Source: Rhizodiscina lignyota
Taxonomy: Eukaryota
Reading direction: 5' to 3'
Assembly: GCA_010015805.1 (NCBI GenBank)
Contig: ML978137.1
Coordinates: forward strand, 124,001 to 188,000
Length of the DNA stretch: 64,000 nucleotides
Position numbers and translations under genes: made by a program. The notes under the pieces are model-generated. The model ran no database searches, was not told where the DNA came from, and was given only the letters and a program-made list of their open reading frames with translations. Below are positions 12,962 through 26,047 of this stretch, one piece after another; the first letter of the stretch is position 1; each line of letters opens with the position of its first letter.

Positions 12962-13430
12962 ACGCTATTAAGCGGACAACTGTGCCACAACTACCAGAAC
13001 GACAGCATCATCGATCGGTTAAGCAGAGTCGGAGCCAGCAGATGGTCATTGAAAGCTCAATGGCTTCAGTATTTGGCCAAACAACTGTATTTCGGCCGGA
13101 GCTACGTGGGATTGATAAGACACATTTTGCACCCTAGCCTCTGCTGCTGAATATGCCGTCAATAGGTCAAACACTGTCATAGGCACCGAAAACTCTTTTC
13201 ACGTTTGATACTCCAGAGCAAAAATAAGTGCGAGCCTCCTATGATATGCAATCGATCCTCCATAGCTATGCGCAAAAGGTACGTACAAGATTTCCTGAAA
13301 GTCGAATCAAAACTATGGAGAAAAGCCAGTGTAACATCCGTAACAGATCTCTATCCATCGTTAACTCCCAGTCGCAAAGGCCAGCATGTGCTTCAATCGA
13401 AGCTAGAATGCATCTTTCACCTTGCCAAAT

Positions 13431-15173
13431 CTAACCCTCACCGATTTCTAGGCCTAGAGCGCTTCGATCTATCGCAAAAGCTTCCATCACCTCCCGGCCA
13501 AACAGTGAGCCTGCCTCCCGTAGCAGACTATCCATCCACGGCATCAGCTGTACCTGCTTCATAACCTCACTCCAAGAGAAGATTCCGCACAAGCGCATAC
13601 TGTCGATAAGCACTGTGGCCACGGCCTCCCTTTGAGCTCCACCGGAAGTTATGCCAGCCAGAACAAGCAACCACAGTCTCAAAGGAACGAGATCGGGTAG
13701 GCTCATATACTGTTCCTCCATTGCCGCGAGAATTTGTGGTGCATATTCAGGAAGAGATCCTGGATAGCTGCTACACTTCATTTTGAGACATATGATTGTC
13801 AAGAGGGCACCAAGACGACAGGCTTCGCGTATCCGTAGGTCGAATGGCTCGACGCCTTGAGAGGGAGATATTGAAAGGAGTTTGTGAGCAATCGGGTTCA
13901 CGCGGAGGCCCACGAAGATCTCGTTCTGCCACAGCGGCTCGCCGACCGATGCATGTTCGCCATCCATGACTGTGCAGAGTGTTTTGAGATCGCGGAGAAT
14001 ATCGAGAATATCTAACGATAGCGGTGGCAACAAGGCTTCCCACTTTTCAGTAAGTTGTCCGAAGCTTGCAACATCTTCTTGAAACGGCCGAGGAGGCGTA
14101 AGAGGTGGAACGAGATCGGTTGGCAGTGCAAATCGGGGCGGACGATTCCGTACTAGAGCGGACGCCACATCAATCCTATAGGTTGTTAAGAAATTGAGCA
14201 AACCGTTAGAGGTGAAACGGGCAGTACCAGAATATCATGAGCTTCACTTGTGGCTGATGTGCCAAGGTTTTCAAGCCACCGCGAAGGTTGATTATACGCT
14301 CTAGCCCGTCCAAATGTACGTCTGTGCGAGAGTAATCTTGCATCAAATACTGCCATATAGTCAGTGACATCCAAGACATATTATCGCATATACATACATC
14401 GTAGCAAATACACCCAATCACCGCCCTAACAGTGTTCTCCCCCGTTGCAATTTGGAGGTCTTGACTGGTTACTCTAGAATTGATACACCTCAGTCCAGAG
14501 GTATACCGCGCCACACTTAATTCGTAGTTCGTCTCTGCGTTTTTCCCTCTTGCTGCATCTGTCATTGCCGTTCCGAGCAACATATTACGGAAGAATTCGG
14601 AATCAGAATACGCGAGCGGAAACCAGAAACGCTTGACCCGTATCGGTGGTGCACTGGTCCCTGTACCTGTTCAATTTTAGCAAAATGAACCAAAATATGG
14701 GAAAATCTCTTGGGCATCTCACCCCTTTGAGGTACGAGTTGTTCCGATAGTGCTAATGCCAGAGAATACGCAGCAAATGGATCCATTGGTAGATTGTTCT
14801 CGAACATCTTCGCAGGATGTTGATTCCAGAATGGCCGAGGAAGCGCTGATACTTGCTCTTGTTCCGCGGTTTGAGATATTATTGGTTCATCAGATTCTGT
14901 CTCCTCTGCTCTTTCCGTTGCAGCTTGAGAGCTCCCTGCTTGAGTCGCCTCCGCTGCTGGTCTGAGTTCAAGCTCAAACTGGGGATTCCTTCGCTTCCGT
15001 CGAGCCCGTCCAATATCGCGCATAACATGCTGTCGTACCGCACGAGCAGCTGCATTGCTCCGTGATCGCGATTGACTGTTCGTATTGATGAAGAGAAACT
15101 CCGGTTCTTTTGGGGGTTCCATCGCGAGCGAAAAGCTCCCAAATTGCTGCGGGCTATGCGAAGAGACCTTCAT
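13431..15173 (-). CDS. Fungal-specific transcription-factor-like protein (Fungal_trans_2/DUF3468-like), no Zn2Cys6 cluster
   Basis: N-terminal FLFIN...RAVRQHVMR motif; HLDGLERIINLRGG, EACRLGAL and LRLWLLVLAG motifs. Introns 14667-14722, 14350-14397, 14176-14227. Start at ATG 15173 or 15122. Confidence 0.75.
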
Positions 15174-15666
15174 CTTTATGTTGCTGATGTCCAGGGACAG
15201 GAGGGGCTGCTGCGAATATTCCTAAGAATTTTGGAAAGCTTCGCCTCTCTTAAGAGGTCGGGTAGACGTCTCAATTTCAAGAGGCTAACATAAGCCCTCG
15301 GGTGATTGTTAAGCAGGGCTACTTTGCCGAAAAGGGCTAGGCGTCTACGATTCATGTAATCAGGCCACGATGATCTCGTCCCACATACGACATTTCTGCG
15401 AATACTAGCAGGGGAAATGCTGAACAAAGTAGTGCAAGGACTAAGGAGACACTTAAATTTGCTATTTTAGCGATCGTCGTCGAAGGCTCCATACAGCCCC
15501 CACAGCGAAGAATTCAGGGTTAAACTTTCATGTATATACACTTTGCGAGCAATCTCAAAGTTTTTTCGCCACTAACAGATCAACATCAAAGTATGTTCAC
15601 CTTCAAAAACTATGTACAAGAACGGAAGCACTCAAACAATTTTATGTGTCGCTCTTTCGGTGCCCA

Positions 15667-17109
15667 CTACTTCTCCAAACAAGCAAAGCTCATCTTCGAC
15701 ACTGTTGTCGTCGGCAGACCTCCTCCCAGCGGCTTGGACAGATCCCATGTCATGTCCACATAGGGCCAGCAGATCTTCGGTTTCTGTGCATTATATGACA
15801 TGAGAGTCATATCTCCTGCAACGTAGACACTGTTGCTACTGATGGTCGCTCCAACTTTATTGCCGCTGCCGTCGACCTCCTGGAAGTATGTGCCCGCAAA
15901 TTCACCAGAGCAGCCCATTGCGACGTTTGTGCAGCTTGGGTTATTGACTTGTTCCCACATGACGACAGCCGAGTTTTTGGAGAAGCTCGCGACGTGTACG
16001 TTTGCATGGTCGACGGTGGTAGAGTTGGTGACGAGGTTGAGCTGGCTGTCGCCATCTTTGGCACCGACGGTGGAGATCGCGGGCTTACCCACCAGGGTGT
16101 ACTTGTCGCTGAAGGTGGCGATGGCGACGTTGTGGTTCAAAGTGCGCGGATAGCATTGGGTGAAGCCCTGTCCCATCCACGTGTCCTGAGTCAGGTCGAC
16201 GCAGCCGCGAGTTGCCCAGGCAAAGATGTACGCATTTGAATGGGCGTATTTGGAGAGAGAGGAGTAGCTGCCTGACATACCGCCCATGGGCTCACCACTT
16301 GCGCCATTCGTCGTGTTTTCGCCGCTGATCTTGACGCCAGTGAGGGACATGCCTCGATTATCTGTGTTCAGCCAGATTGCACCGTGGTCTTCAGCACAGA
16401 TGCTCGCGAACGGAGGCGCAGAAGCAGCTTCAAATGCGATACCAGTGTTGTGCGAGCATCCCCAAGCGGAGGCTTCTGGTATATCCTGAAGCTTGCCTTC
16501 AAGGTTGATGTATTTGACAGAGTCGCCAAAATGGCCCGCTGCGTCGCCAGTGTAGTCCGTTACGACAAAGTATGCACCGTAGAGGGAGGAGTTGTAAGAG
16601 TAGACGAGATCGCCATTCAAGTCCGGTGATGCGGCGGCGCCGAAGGATGTATCAACATCAGGACCACCAAGCCAAGTCCTCCATGCCTCCTTGCCGTTCT
16701 GGTAGCGAACAAGCGCAGGTATTGGATAGTCGGTTCCGGAATTAGTCTCATTGATGTTGGTGAGAAGAGCGAAGCCGTCGGAATGTGCAATCAAACCACC
16801 TGCTTCCTTGGCCCCGGCAATGGTGACAGGCTTTCCAATGGCAGTGAAGGAGGTCGTGTTGATCTGAATAACATGTACGTCTGTCTCGGAGCCGTCCAGG
16901 TAAGCAAGGTATCCTACGCTCCCGTCGACAGTCACTGCAAACGGAGTCCTTCGATGATGGGGGAGAGAAGTCCAGTATGCTGGCTTGACGGGATTGAAGT
17001 CGAAACCCAAATCGAGAACGTTAGGATAACTCTTCAACATAGAAGAAGTCAATTGAGCAGCCGTAAGGGAGCTGAGAGAAATGAATGTAGATAGTAATGA
17101 CAGCATCAT
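15667..17109 (-). CDS. Secreted protein of unknown function, 480 aa, intronless
   Basis: Hydrophobic signal peptide MMLSLLSTFISLSSLTAA; uninterrupted Gly/Ser/Thr-rich ORF with several Cys (WGCSHN motif). Confidence 0.8.
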   Translation of the reverse strand: MMLSLLSTFISLSSLTAAQLTSSMLKSYPNVLDLGFDFNPVKPAYWTSLPHHRRTPFAVTVDGSVGYLAYLDGSETDVHVIQINTTSFTAIGKPVTIAGAKEAGGLIAHSDGFALLTNINETNSGTDYPIPALVRYQNGKEAWRTWLGGPDVDTSFGAAASPDLNGDLVYSYNSSLYGAYFVVTDYTGDAAGHFGDSVKYINLEGKLQDIPEASAWGCSHNTGIAFEAASAPPFASICAEDHGAIWLNTDNRGMSLTGVKISGENTTNGASGEPMGGMSGSYSSLSKYAHSNAYIFAWATRGCVDLTQDTWMGQGFTQCYPRTLNHNVAIATFSDKYTLVGKPAISTVGAKDGDSQLNLVTNSTTVDHANVHVASFSKNSAVVMWEQVNNPSCTNVAMGCSGEFAGTYFQEVDGSGNKVGATISSNSVYVAGDMTLMSYNAQKPKICWPYVDMTWDLSKPLGGGLPTTTVSKMSFACLEK

Positions 17110-18052
17110 GGAAGAAATTGTTCAAAAAAGAGCGATATGAAGTTTCAACGAATGAAAGTGACAGGCACAGCCCTACAGAAACAAGAAACACAGGCGGAAC
17201 CTACGAGAGGTTCATCTACATATTTAACGTTTCAATCGAACCAGCTATGAGACTGTGATGACGGGCCAAGTAGCGCAAGCGGAGCCGACAAATTTGGTGT
17301 ATTTCGGGTGATGTATAAACGATATGAAGGAGCAGCTCGACCGTTGAAAGCCTAGTAATTGCGAGTGTTTCAAGTGCCGGATCTCAGGGCTTAGCCGCCG
17401 AATAGATTAACTCGGCGTAAAAGAATCGTGCCACAATGTGTCTAGACTGGTATTTCCATTTCCACTGAGGAGGAAGGGCAAATGTTCTCGTGCAAGACAT
17501 ATTCACAGCTGTGAAATGTTGAGTCGTCCGAGACGTAGTGGACGTGGCGGAAGATCGGGGCGGGACTTTTCACTAAGTGCGTGCATAGCGTGCCGCGTGC
17601 CGCACGCCAGGACGCTTGTACCTAAACTTCGGTACGCCAAGCCCTTAGATCGGGCCATCTCTCGGTGCTTTAAAGTCTTTTTTTAAGTCGGCCCTGTCAC
17701 GCCGCAAACAGCGGCACAGTGGGGCTGCGGCCAAATTATCCCAGCTCTTCAAGAATTTATCTATACAGTTTCAGTTTTTCGACTCCATTATTCAAATGAT
17801 GAGTATGAGAGATTCGGAGCCGTAATTATTAATGTAACCCAAACTTCGCCAACTCTCTGCCAACCCATCGATTATCCCGCGGCAATAGTCCAAACTGAAA
17901 TACGGAGAAACGTGCAATTGCTGGTAGAGACAGCCGAACGAGTCAGGGACAAAACAAAGAACATTTTACATTTGAAACTCCTGAAGCTTTTCTGCTGATG
18001 ATAAGTTATGCGGACATGATGGCCTAAAATGAATCGAAAGTGCGCCTTGCAT

Positions 18053-18974
18053 CTACAATCCGTTCGTAACTCCACCGCTGGCACTGATAAACTGGCCCGT
18101 AACCCAGCTGCTCAACGGTGATGCAACCAACACAACTGCGTTCGCAATCTCCTCTGGCGCTCCAAACCTGTCCGCCGCAAGTGTCAAGCTCTTAAGGTGG
18201 ATTGCCAACGGATGATCGTCTGGGGGTGCCATATCGGTGGTTGTGGGGCCAGGTGCAATAGAATTGACAGTGATACCATGAGTTTTCCCGAGCTGTACCA
18301 CCAAAATGTTAGCAAAGGCTTTGAGAGGATCCCGTGATGATGAATGGTAAATGTCCGCTTACCTCACCAGCCCATGCAACGGTCATAAAGTCTAAAGCAG
18401 CTTTCGTCGCGCCGTATACTGGCATGGCAATGGCGAGCTTTGTGATGACCGAGGAGATATTGATTATTCGACCACCCTTAGGCATATGCGGGACCACAGC
18501 TTGAACGAGATTGAGAGTGCCAACGACGTTAGTCCGGAATGTGCTGTCCATAACCTCAGATGCTTCGGCATCCATCATATTCGTATAAGGTCCAGCAGCT
18601 CCATTGTTTACTGCACAAAAGAAAGTTAGCCATGGATTCAACGACGCCCTTGCAAATTAAAGGACTTTAGAAACCGTACCAAGGATGTCAATTTTGTCTG
18701 TGTTGAATGCGGACAGAGTCTTTGTGACCAAATCTTTGGCCTGGGCCGGAACTCCAATATCTGCTCGAATGACTGTCACCTTGCCGCCTGCATTTTTGAT
18801 GGTCTTCTCGACCTCCGCAGCTTTGCTGGAGCTGGATTCGGATACATAGTTGACAGTAACAGCAGCACCACGTTTGGCTAAAGCCAGGGCAATGGCGGCA
18901 CCGATGCCATTGGTTCGTCCAGATCCTGTAACAATAGCTACTTTGCCTGCAAGTGAGAGTTCGTTGGCTGCCAT
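18053..18974 (-). CDS. Classical short-chain dehydrogenase/reductase (FabG-like)
   Basis: TGSGRTNGIG cofactor motif, VNNG, catalytic YGATK, VNSIAPGPTTT. Introns 18611-18679 and 18293-18362. Confidence 0.93.
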
Positions 18975-20218
18975 GTCGATAGAGTGAGTGGTTGAACGGC
19001 TTTCGTGGTAATTGATTGGTGAGACTGATTGCGTGCTATGAGTTCAATTGCTGGCTGATATCTGCAGAATAGTATCTTCGAACGAATGGAGCAAGGCTCT
19101 TATACTCCCAGTGGCTCCATACATGATGGAATGTACGCACACGCATTACCAAGCACTAAAGGACCGTTCATCGCGTTTGGGAATGGGTCCTCTGTTCAGT
19201 TCGAGCGTCACAGAGATTAGGAAAACCAAATCAATGCAAGCAATCCCTTGATGAGTAACGATGTTCATGACAAAAGGGCAAAACGTAGTACACTAGCTGC
19301 ATCGCTTTATCAGGGGGTATGAGGAGCCGCACTTTGAAGAGACCCATAATGATGTGGCTAACCACGACCGGCGCCCAGTTCCCTAGCCATCACCGCAGAA
19401 AGATCTGGAGATCCGCCACGATAAGTCAGCAAAGACCTATTACTTCAGCAAGTTTGTTTGGTGCCCTATCGGTGGTGACGTTTGAAGTAGGGTCTCGGTA
19501 TGCAGCGGCGGTGCCGGGGGGATTAGGAAAGCATTTGCGCTAAACCGAAAAGGGAGACTGATATCCCTGCTTGCGCAGAATCGACCGTTGGCCAATCAAA
19601 AAAGCCTCGGCCTCGCGGAGTTTGCACCAAGTAGGAAACCGATGTTGCAGAAGAGGTAAAAGACTGGTCACCCTGCAGAGCCAGGCTGAGGCATTAGTAC
19701 ATATGAAACGTCGTTCCTCTTGTTCGTTCGAGATGAGGTGATGGAGATTGACTTTCATGCTGCTGCCGCCTGGGAGAACAAGGCCACCACTGAGTACAGT
19801 CGAATTGATTGGTCAACTTTGTGGGAGATCCGAGGCACTTTCTCACCTGAAGACATAAGGAATAAGAATTATGACGCAGTTCAGAGAAAGTCAACGCGCG
19901 ACGCGTCGGTGCCTGGTTTTTGCACCTAATTTTAGATTCTGCCTACGCGCTATCACCTGACTTCCCTTTCCAGCGATGCTGCCTGAAGACTTTGTCTTCT
20001 GTCAGACCTTCAAAATCTCGAGAACTGCACGCCATGAAGCATTTTTCTATCGTGCAGACTTCTACAGTGCTCAACGACCTCATATGATTCCCCGTCTCTG
20101 AATCTGATTTCTCAAGTCGCTTACTTGTTGCGTTTTCAGGGGCTCTTTCTCTCGTATAAATTTCCAAGATTAGCACATCTCTTTTTGTTGACTGTACTTT
20201 GTTGTGCTTCATTGCAAC

Positions 20219-23200
20219 ATGGCTACCCAAGCTGCTCTGGCGAATGCTCATTCACAGCTTCCTCATGTCCCTGTACCCGTGGAGAGTTTCCTTACCTACC
20301 TCTCCGATCATCCCAAAACTCCCGTTGAGGAGCTTCTGCTTCCATACCGGCAGTATGACGCCAAGGCCCGCGAAGTATTTGCCCAAGAGTCAAATCATCC
20401 TGCACTTGCAGATCATCACATCAACGTCGTCCCTCTGTTCGGCCCAGATGGATCAACAACACTCAAGGTCCGGGCCAGAAACCTCGGCACGGAATCAGAA
20501 CAGCAGCAGGAGAAGTACATTATGCCCCTGAAAGACGAGGACAGGAAGAAGGACGGCTCGCCAGCCATAGTACCGACGTTGAGAACATTCCGCGACAACT
20601 TCAACGTCTTCTCCGAATTATCTCTGTCAGAACTCGACTGGAGCAACGTCGTTGCGGCAGGGAGCTCTGTCGTGTCCGCGCTTCTACCCACGCCAGCCGA
20701 GTACAGCGCATCAAAACGATCACTTCGCAAGTATTATCACGAGATATCAGCCCCAGCTTCAGACGTCGATCTCTTCCTCTACGGCCTGACCGAAAAAGAG
20801 GCCGTCGAAAAGATCAAACAGATCGAGGGCCGTGTCCGAGACGCGCGTGCGTATTGTCTGATCGCATTTTAACGATGCCACTAACTAAATGCTCAGTTCT
20901 TACGGAAACTACCACCATCAGGACGAAGAATGCAATTACCATTGCCAGCCAATACCCGACTCGACATGTCCAGATTGTTCTACGTATTTACAAATCCGTT
21001 TCGGAGATACTCACAGGCTTTGATGTCGATTGCTCTTGTGCTGCTTATGACGGCAAACAAGTCTACGCATCTCCAAGAGCAGTTGCGGCATACATGACTC
21101 AAACCAATACCATTGATCTCAGCCGCCGATCGCCTTCGTACGAAAACCGCCTTTCGAAGTATTCTCATCGCGGGTTCGAAATTTGCTGGCCGCAGCTGGA
21201 TCGATCACTGATTGACCCGACCATTTTTGAGCGCAGCTTCAATCGAACAAATGGTCTGGCTCGGCTTTTGGTGTTGGAAAAGCTCCCTAAGCCCACTGAC
21301 CGTGATGCTTACATGGACCAAAGACGCCAAGAGCGCGGCAGACCCCCAATTAACCGCTTCGTCCAGTCTCGTAAACAGCTTCGTGGAAACATCAAGAACG
21401 ACCACGAAGACGAGGTTGCCGAATGGGTTGAAGAGGACGAAGTTTCAGACTACCATACATTTACTATCCCTTACGGCGAGCGATTCCATGCAAAGAGGAT
21501 CGAGAAAGTTTTATACACGAAGGATCTCTTGCTCAATGCCGAATGGAACAAGCCTAAGGATCGTGAAGTCAATCTGCACAGGCATCCCGCTTTCTTTGGG
21601 AATGTTGTCGATGTCATCGAAGACTGTTGTGGCTCATGTCCGAAGCCAATGACTCCTGAAGAGGTGGAGGTTGCGGAGGAAGAAAGCAAGCGATACGTCT
21701 CAGGAAAGATCTCTTTTATGAAAGATGACCCAGGACGTCAGGCAATCGGCAGTTTCAACCCCATCACTGACACAGATTGGACCGAGATGGCATACGTTGG
21801 TGAGACCGAGCGTCTCTGTCAAGCTATCGTCGATTGTGATCTTGATAGAGTGAAAGACTGGTTCGCAGTTGACGGCGCTGATCCTAATTGTCGCGATTAC
21901 ACTGGGCGTACACCTTTGCAGCTTGCAATCATCAGCTCCACCCCCGAAATCGTGCAATGCCTTGTCGACAACGGCGCGCGACTTGTCGCTCGCATGGCAG
22001 ATGGAAGGACTGCCCTTCATCTTGCAGCAGCGCTTGGAAGACTGGAAATGGTCCGGATCCTCATGTTCCGCAGTGAGGCTAATGAAGCAGAGGAGGAAGA
22101 GAAGGAAGATGCTAAGCGCAAGGCTAGGGTTGCTGCTGCTGCTGAGAATGAGAATGAGGATCATCCCATGACGGGAATGAGCAATTCCCAGGCAAGCAAA
22201 GCCGAGGACGATGAGTCGGAAGAGGCAGACGAAGAGGAAAGTGACGAAGACTATGACATGACAGATGGCGAAGACGATCAAGACGTCCGGTCAAGCACTA
22301 CTGGATCATACGTCAAAGTCACCCAGAAAGTGGAGGCAGACGCTGCTATTCCCGACGACAATGAGGAAGATGAACCCGACTTCTACGACATTAACGTTCT
22401 TGCATGGGACACACCTGCGTCTGCGCTTCATTTGGCAATCATCAATGGTCATGTCGAAGTTGTTACGGAGCTTGTGCAGACTTTTGGTGCAGACGTTCTG
22501 CTACCTGTAAAGCTATTGAATAGCTACGGTACCGGAACACCTCGCGCTGCTATCCTGACCTTGGTCCTTGCTCTCACCCTTCCCATGGAGAAGGCAAAGC
22601 AGATGACCACAGCTTTGCTCAAACTGGGTGCCTCTTCAGCTCAGGCAGATCTAAAGCAACACACGGCGTTCGAATATTTCGTCGACCGAGGAGTTGAGAT
22701 GATGGATGTATTGCTTGAGAACGACCAGCCGGCGATACAACGAGTCCTTAATCATATCGCAGTGTCCGACAATTTTTGGAATCCATCTGGATCTTCTCCG
22801 TTGACAACAGCAATCAACAATGAAGATCCCAAAGCTGTTTTGAAGCTTCTGGAGCTGGGTGCGCACACAACTGTTGATTTTTCTGAGTGGGTCAAATCAA
22901 TGAAAATTGCGTTCGATGAGGCGAGCCGCTATGACTCTGAAACGAACGAGAAGCAGTTCAAGCAGTCATTCTCGCAGCCACTCATCGTTGCGATCACCAA
23001 CGAGCAGCCTTCCATTGCGATGGAATTGCTTAACCATGGAGCCGACCCAAATACACTGACGCCGGAGGGTAATCACTGCGTTCTGGATCAGTACTACAGA
23101 ATGTACAACAGCGGAGGTTCTGCGTTGGATCTCGTTCAAGAGAAGCTCAAAACCCTCCGAGAGGCTTACAAGGCCCATGCTGATGGGAATCGATTCCGCA

Positions 23201-25774
23201 ATGAAAATGCTGGACGCTTCTCCAACGAGCCAAAGAAGCCGGAGCCCTTGGAACAGGACGACTACTATGTGAGCAGTATCCCTGAAGGCTCATATCAGCG
23301 CTGGGCTGCGACAGAGCAACTACAGCGTGCAAAGGCGTTGTATGACTCGGAGATGAAGATGTATGCGGACCGCATAAAGGAGAAGTCCGAGCGAAAAGGT
23401 ATGAAAGAGAAGATGGCAATGGTTGCAAACATGATCAATGAAATGGAAAGTCTTGAGAAGCAACTTCTCGAGAAGGGCGCAAAGACCTTTAAAGAGCTCC
23501 ACCCAAACCTCACGACCTCCCAACCCAACAACCAGCAATCCACATTCAACAGCCTTGGGTTCTCCGGTGTCAACGCCCAGAAATTCGGGATCAAGTTCAG
23601 CTTCCAGGTACCAGATCTGTCCTCAGCGACAAGGCAAGCTTACATTGAGATTTTCGAAGCCGCGTGGCGAGGAGATCTCGATGCAATCAAGACCTATACT
23701 CTGGGCCCGTGGGGAGCTGAGAGCAAGGAATCGCCACTCCTAATTGCTGTCAAAGACATGGCTGGCTCTTCTCCATTTTCGATTGCTGTTCTCAGAGGCC
23801 ATGTCGATACGGCCAAGGGCATCCTTGAGATTGCGCAGGCACAATACGCACCAAAGGAGCCAGTGCTGAAGCGCTACGAGATCGATGACGAGGAAGACGA
23901 AGACGTACACACGGATGAATCTGAAGCAGAAGATGAGATTCGTGTCTACAGCGAAATCATTGACGAGCGTTTCACCATTGACAATATTGGAGAAGTTGCC
24001 ACGCAAGTCAAAAGCCGAGTCAAGCCACAGAGTATGATGACATGGGGCCCTAATATCTCGCACTTTGTCGAGATGTCAGGTTCATCCAAGCTTGCTGACC
24101 ACTACGCTACCAAGTTGAACCAGTACACCGAAAAGGCAACCCGTCATCTTGAGGATGCCCGAGCTAAGCAACAAGTTCGCCGAGAGATTTTCTGCAGCTC
24201 CATGTTTGACTTTGCGGTCATCCTTGACGATCTCGAGATGTTCAAATGGCTGCTCGAATTGTATAGCAAGCACGCAAAGCTTACCGGCGGGGATGGTGAT
24301 TTTCTCAAGGATTTCGCTCACACCAGCAACGGTGCTTTCCTGTTTGCCCTCCGCCTTGGCCACACACGCATTCTCGCTGAACTCATTAAGCACACAGGTG
24401 CAGGGATCCCGCTGGAGGAGCTGGTGGAGAAGAGCGGCGTCGAGGTGAAGCGCAAGCCGAAGTACTATCAAGGCCTGACAGTGTATGGCAAGAAGCGTGC
24501 CGACTGGGCAGCCTCTGCACGCGGTGTTCATGTCTCCACTTTCAAGTCAGACATGCTGCCGCCACTTCTGGTCGCTGCTCACGCTGGCAATCTAGAGAGC
24601 GTGGAGTGGTTTTTGAGCGACACCCCCAAGCGATGTTACTCCGAGTTTGCAGAGGCAAACAAGGATTCTATTTTGGTCAAGACACTTGAAAAAGCGCCTG
24701 GGGGATTTGATGTTGCAGTTTCGGGTTTCCTTGAGAAGAAAAGTCAGTCGTTCTCTTCGATTGTCTTTTGCGGTGCTAACATCACGTCCAGATCATCTAG
24801 CGATACACTGCGCTGTTCTGTCCAAACCCAGTGTGGGCAAAGAGAAGCTCGTCAAGTATCTCATCTCTGCGTTCCCGCAGTATCTTGACACCAAATCAGC
24901 AAGTGGATATACACCACTTCATCTTGCATTCTCGTTGCAACACCCTCGCATCGCAAAACTATTGATCGCCAATGGTGCGAATCAAAAATGCCGCGACCTC
25001 AAAGGCAATAACTTAATCCACTCTCTGCTCTTGTCAGGAAATGATTTCGCCAAGAATAAAGCTCAGCGTACCCGCGATCTTCTCGAACTGATCGATCCTG
25101 CCCTACTCCCTTCACTCTTCACAGAGCGTTGCTCCGAAGAGCCCGGTTCCCTGACACCACTCCACCGCTGGATCCTCAAAGCCTCCGGCTACACCAACGA
25201 CACGGCTCGCTTCGCCGAATTCCTCGACCTCGTGCTGGAATATAGCAAAGGTGTGGAGCTCGACACGATCAACGGTGCGGGTGACACGCCGCTGCACACT
25301 ATCGTCAGCAAGAAGAGCACTCGCCTCCTGACCACCATCGCCACGCGCCGTCCGGACCTGCTGCATCGCGAGAACGCGATCGGCAGGACGCCAGTCGATG
25401 TGCGCTTCGACAATGACAACGCGCGGAAGCTGGCGAATCCGCCTAGCAACTTTCAACGCAATAGGCGGGGTCCCCTGGCGGACAAGGATCCAATTGAGTT
25501 TGCGCCGAAGGAGCTGACGGAGCCGGAGCCGGATTGGGATGAGGCGTGGGCGACGGCTTTGGGTGTGGGTTCGAAGAAGCGCAAGTTGGTGAGCTTGTTC
25601 GAGGCGAATGAGGTGGCGAGGAGGTTGACTGCAAGGGAGGTGAAGAAGAGGAGGATGGAGTATGGGCAGGTTGTTAATGTGAACGACCCGGCGCCTGCGG
25701 CGGTGGATGAGCTGCACAGTTGGTATTGGACTTATGTTGGCTGCAATGAGATTCCACCACAAACTGTGAGCTAG
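20219..25774 (+). CDS. ~1800 aa protein: N-terminal nucleotidyltransferase-like domain followed by several ankyrin-repeat blocks
   Basis: Introns 20847-20896 and 24743-24791 join three ORFs in frame. NTase-type motifs VAAGSSV, ASDVDLFLYG, GFDVDC, RLSKYSHRGF. Ankyrin motifs GRTPLQLA, GRTALHLAA, GYTPLHLA, GDTPLHT. Acidic linkers. Confidence 0.88.
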
Positions 25775-26047
25775 ACTGGGGGTTTCTGTAACTTGAAACG
25801 CACATGTTCCACTTATACTGTTATGAATCCGAATGTCGTTATGGGCTTGTGGTGTCTGCAGCATTGTGGAAACAATTCACACCGGGAGCATAAGGGTTGT
25901 CAAGTGAGATTCAATTATTTCCATGATCCTATTCACATCTTCTACCCAATGCTCATATGGGAGGGAATTCTTCACGTGCATGACCAGTCCCACTTGCACA
26001 TGTACCACTTCGAAAGAACCTTGAGAGAAGCATCTCCACCTTAGCAG

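Noticed and set aside
19720..19929. Short protein-like ORF MEIDFHAAAAWENK...
   Set aside because: About 60 aa, no recognisable motif or convincing exon partners.
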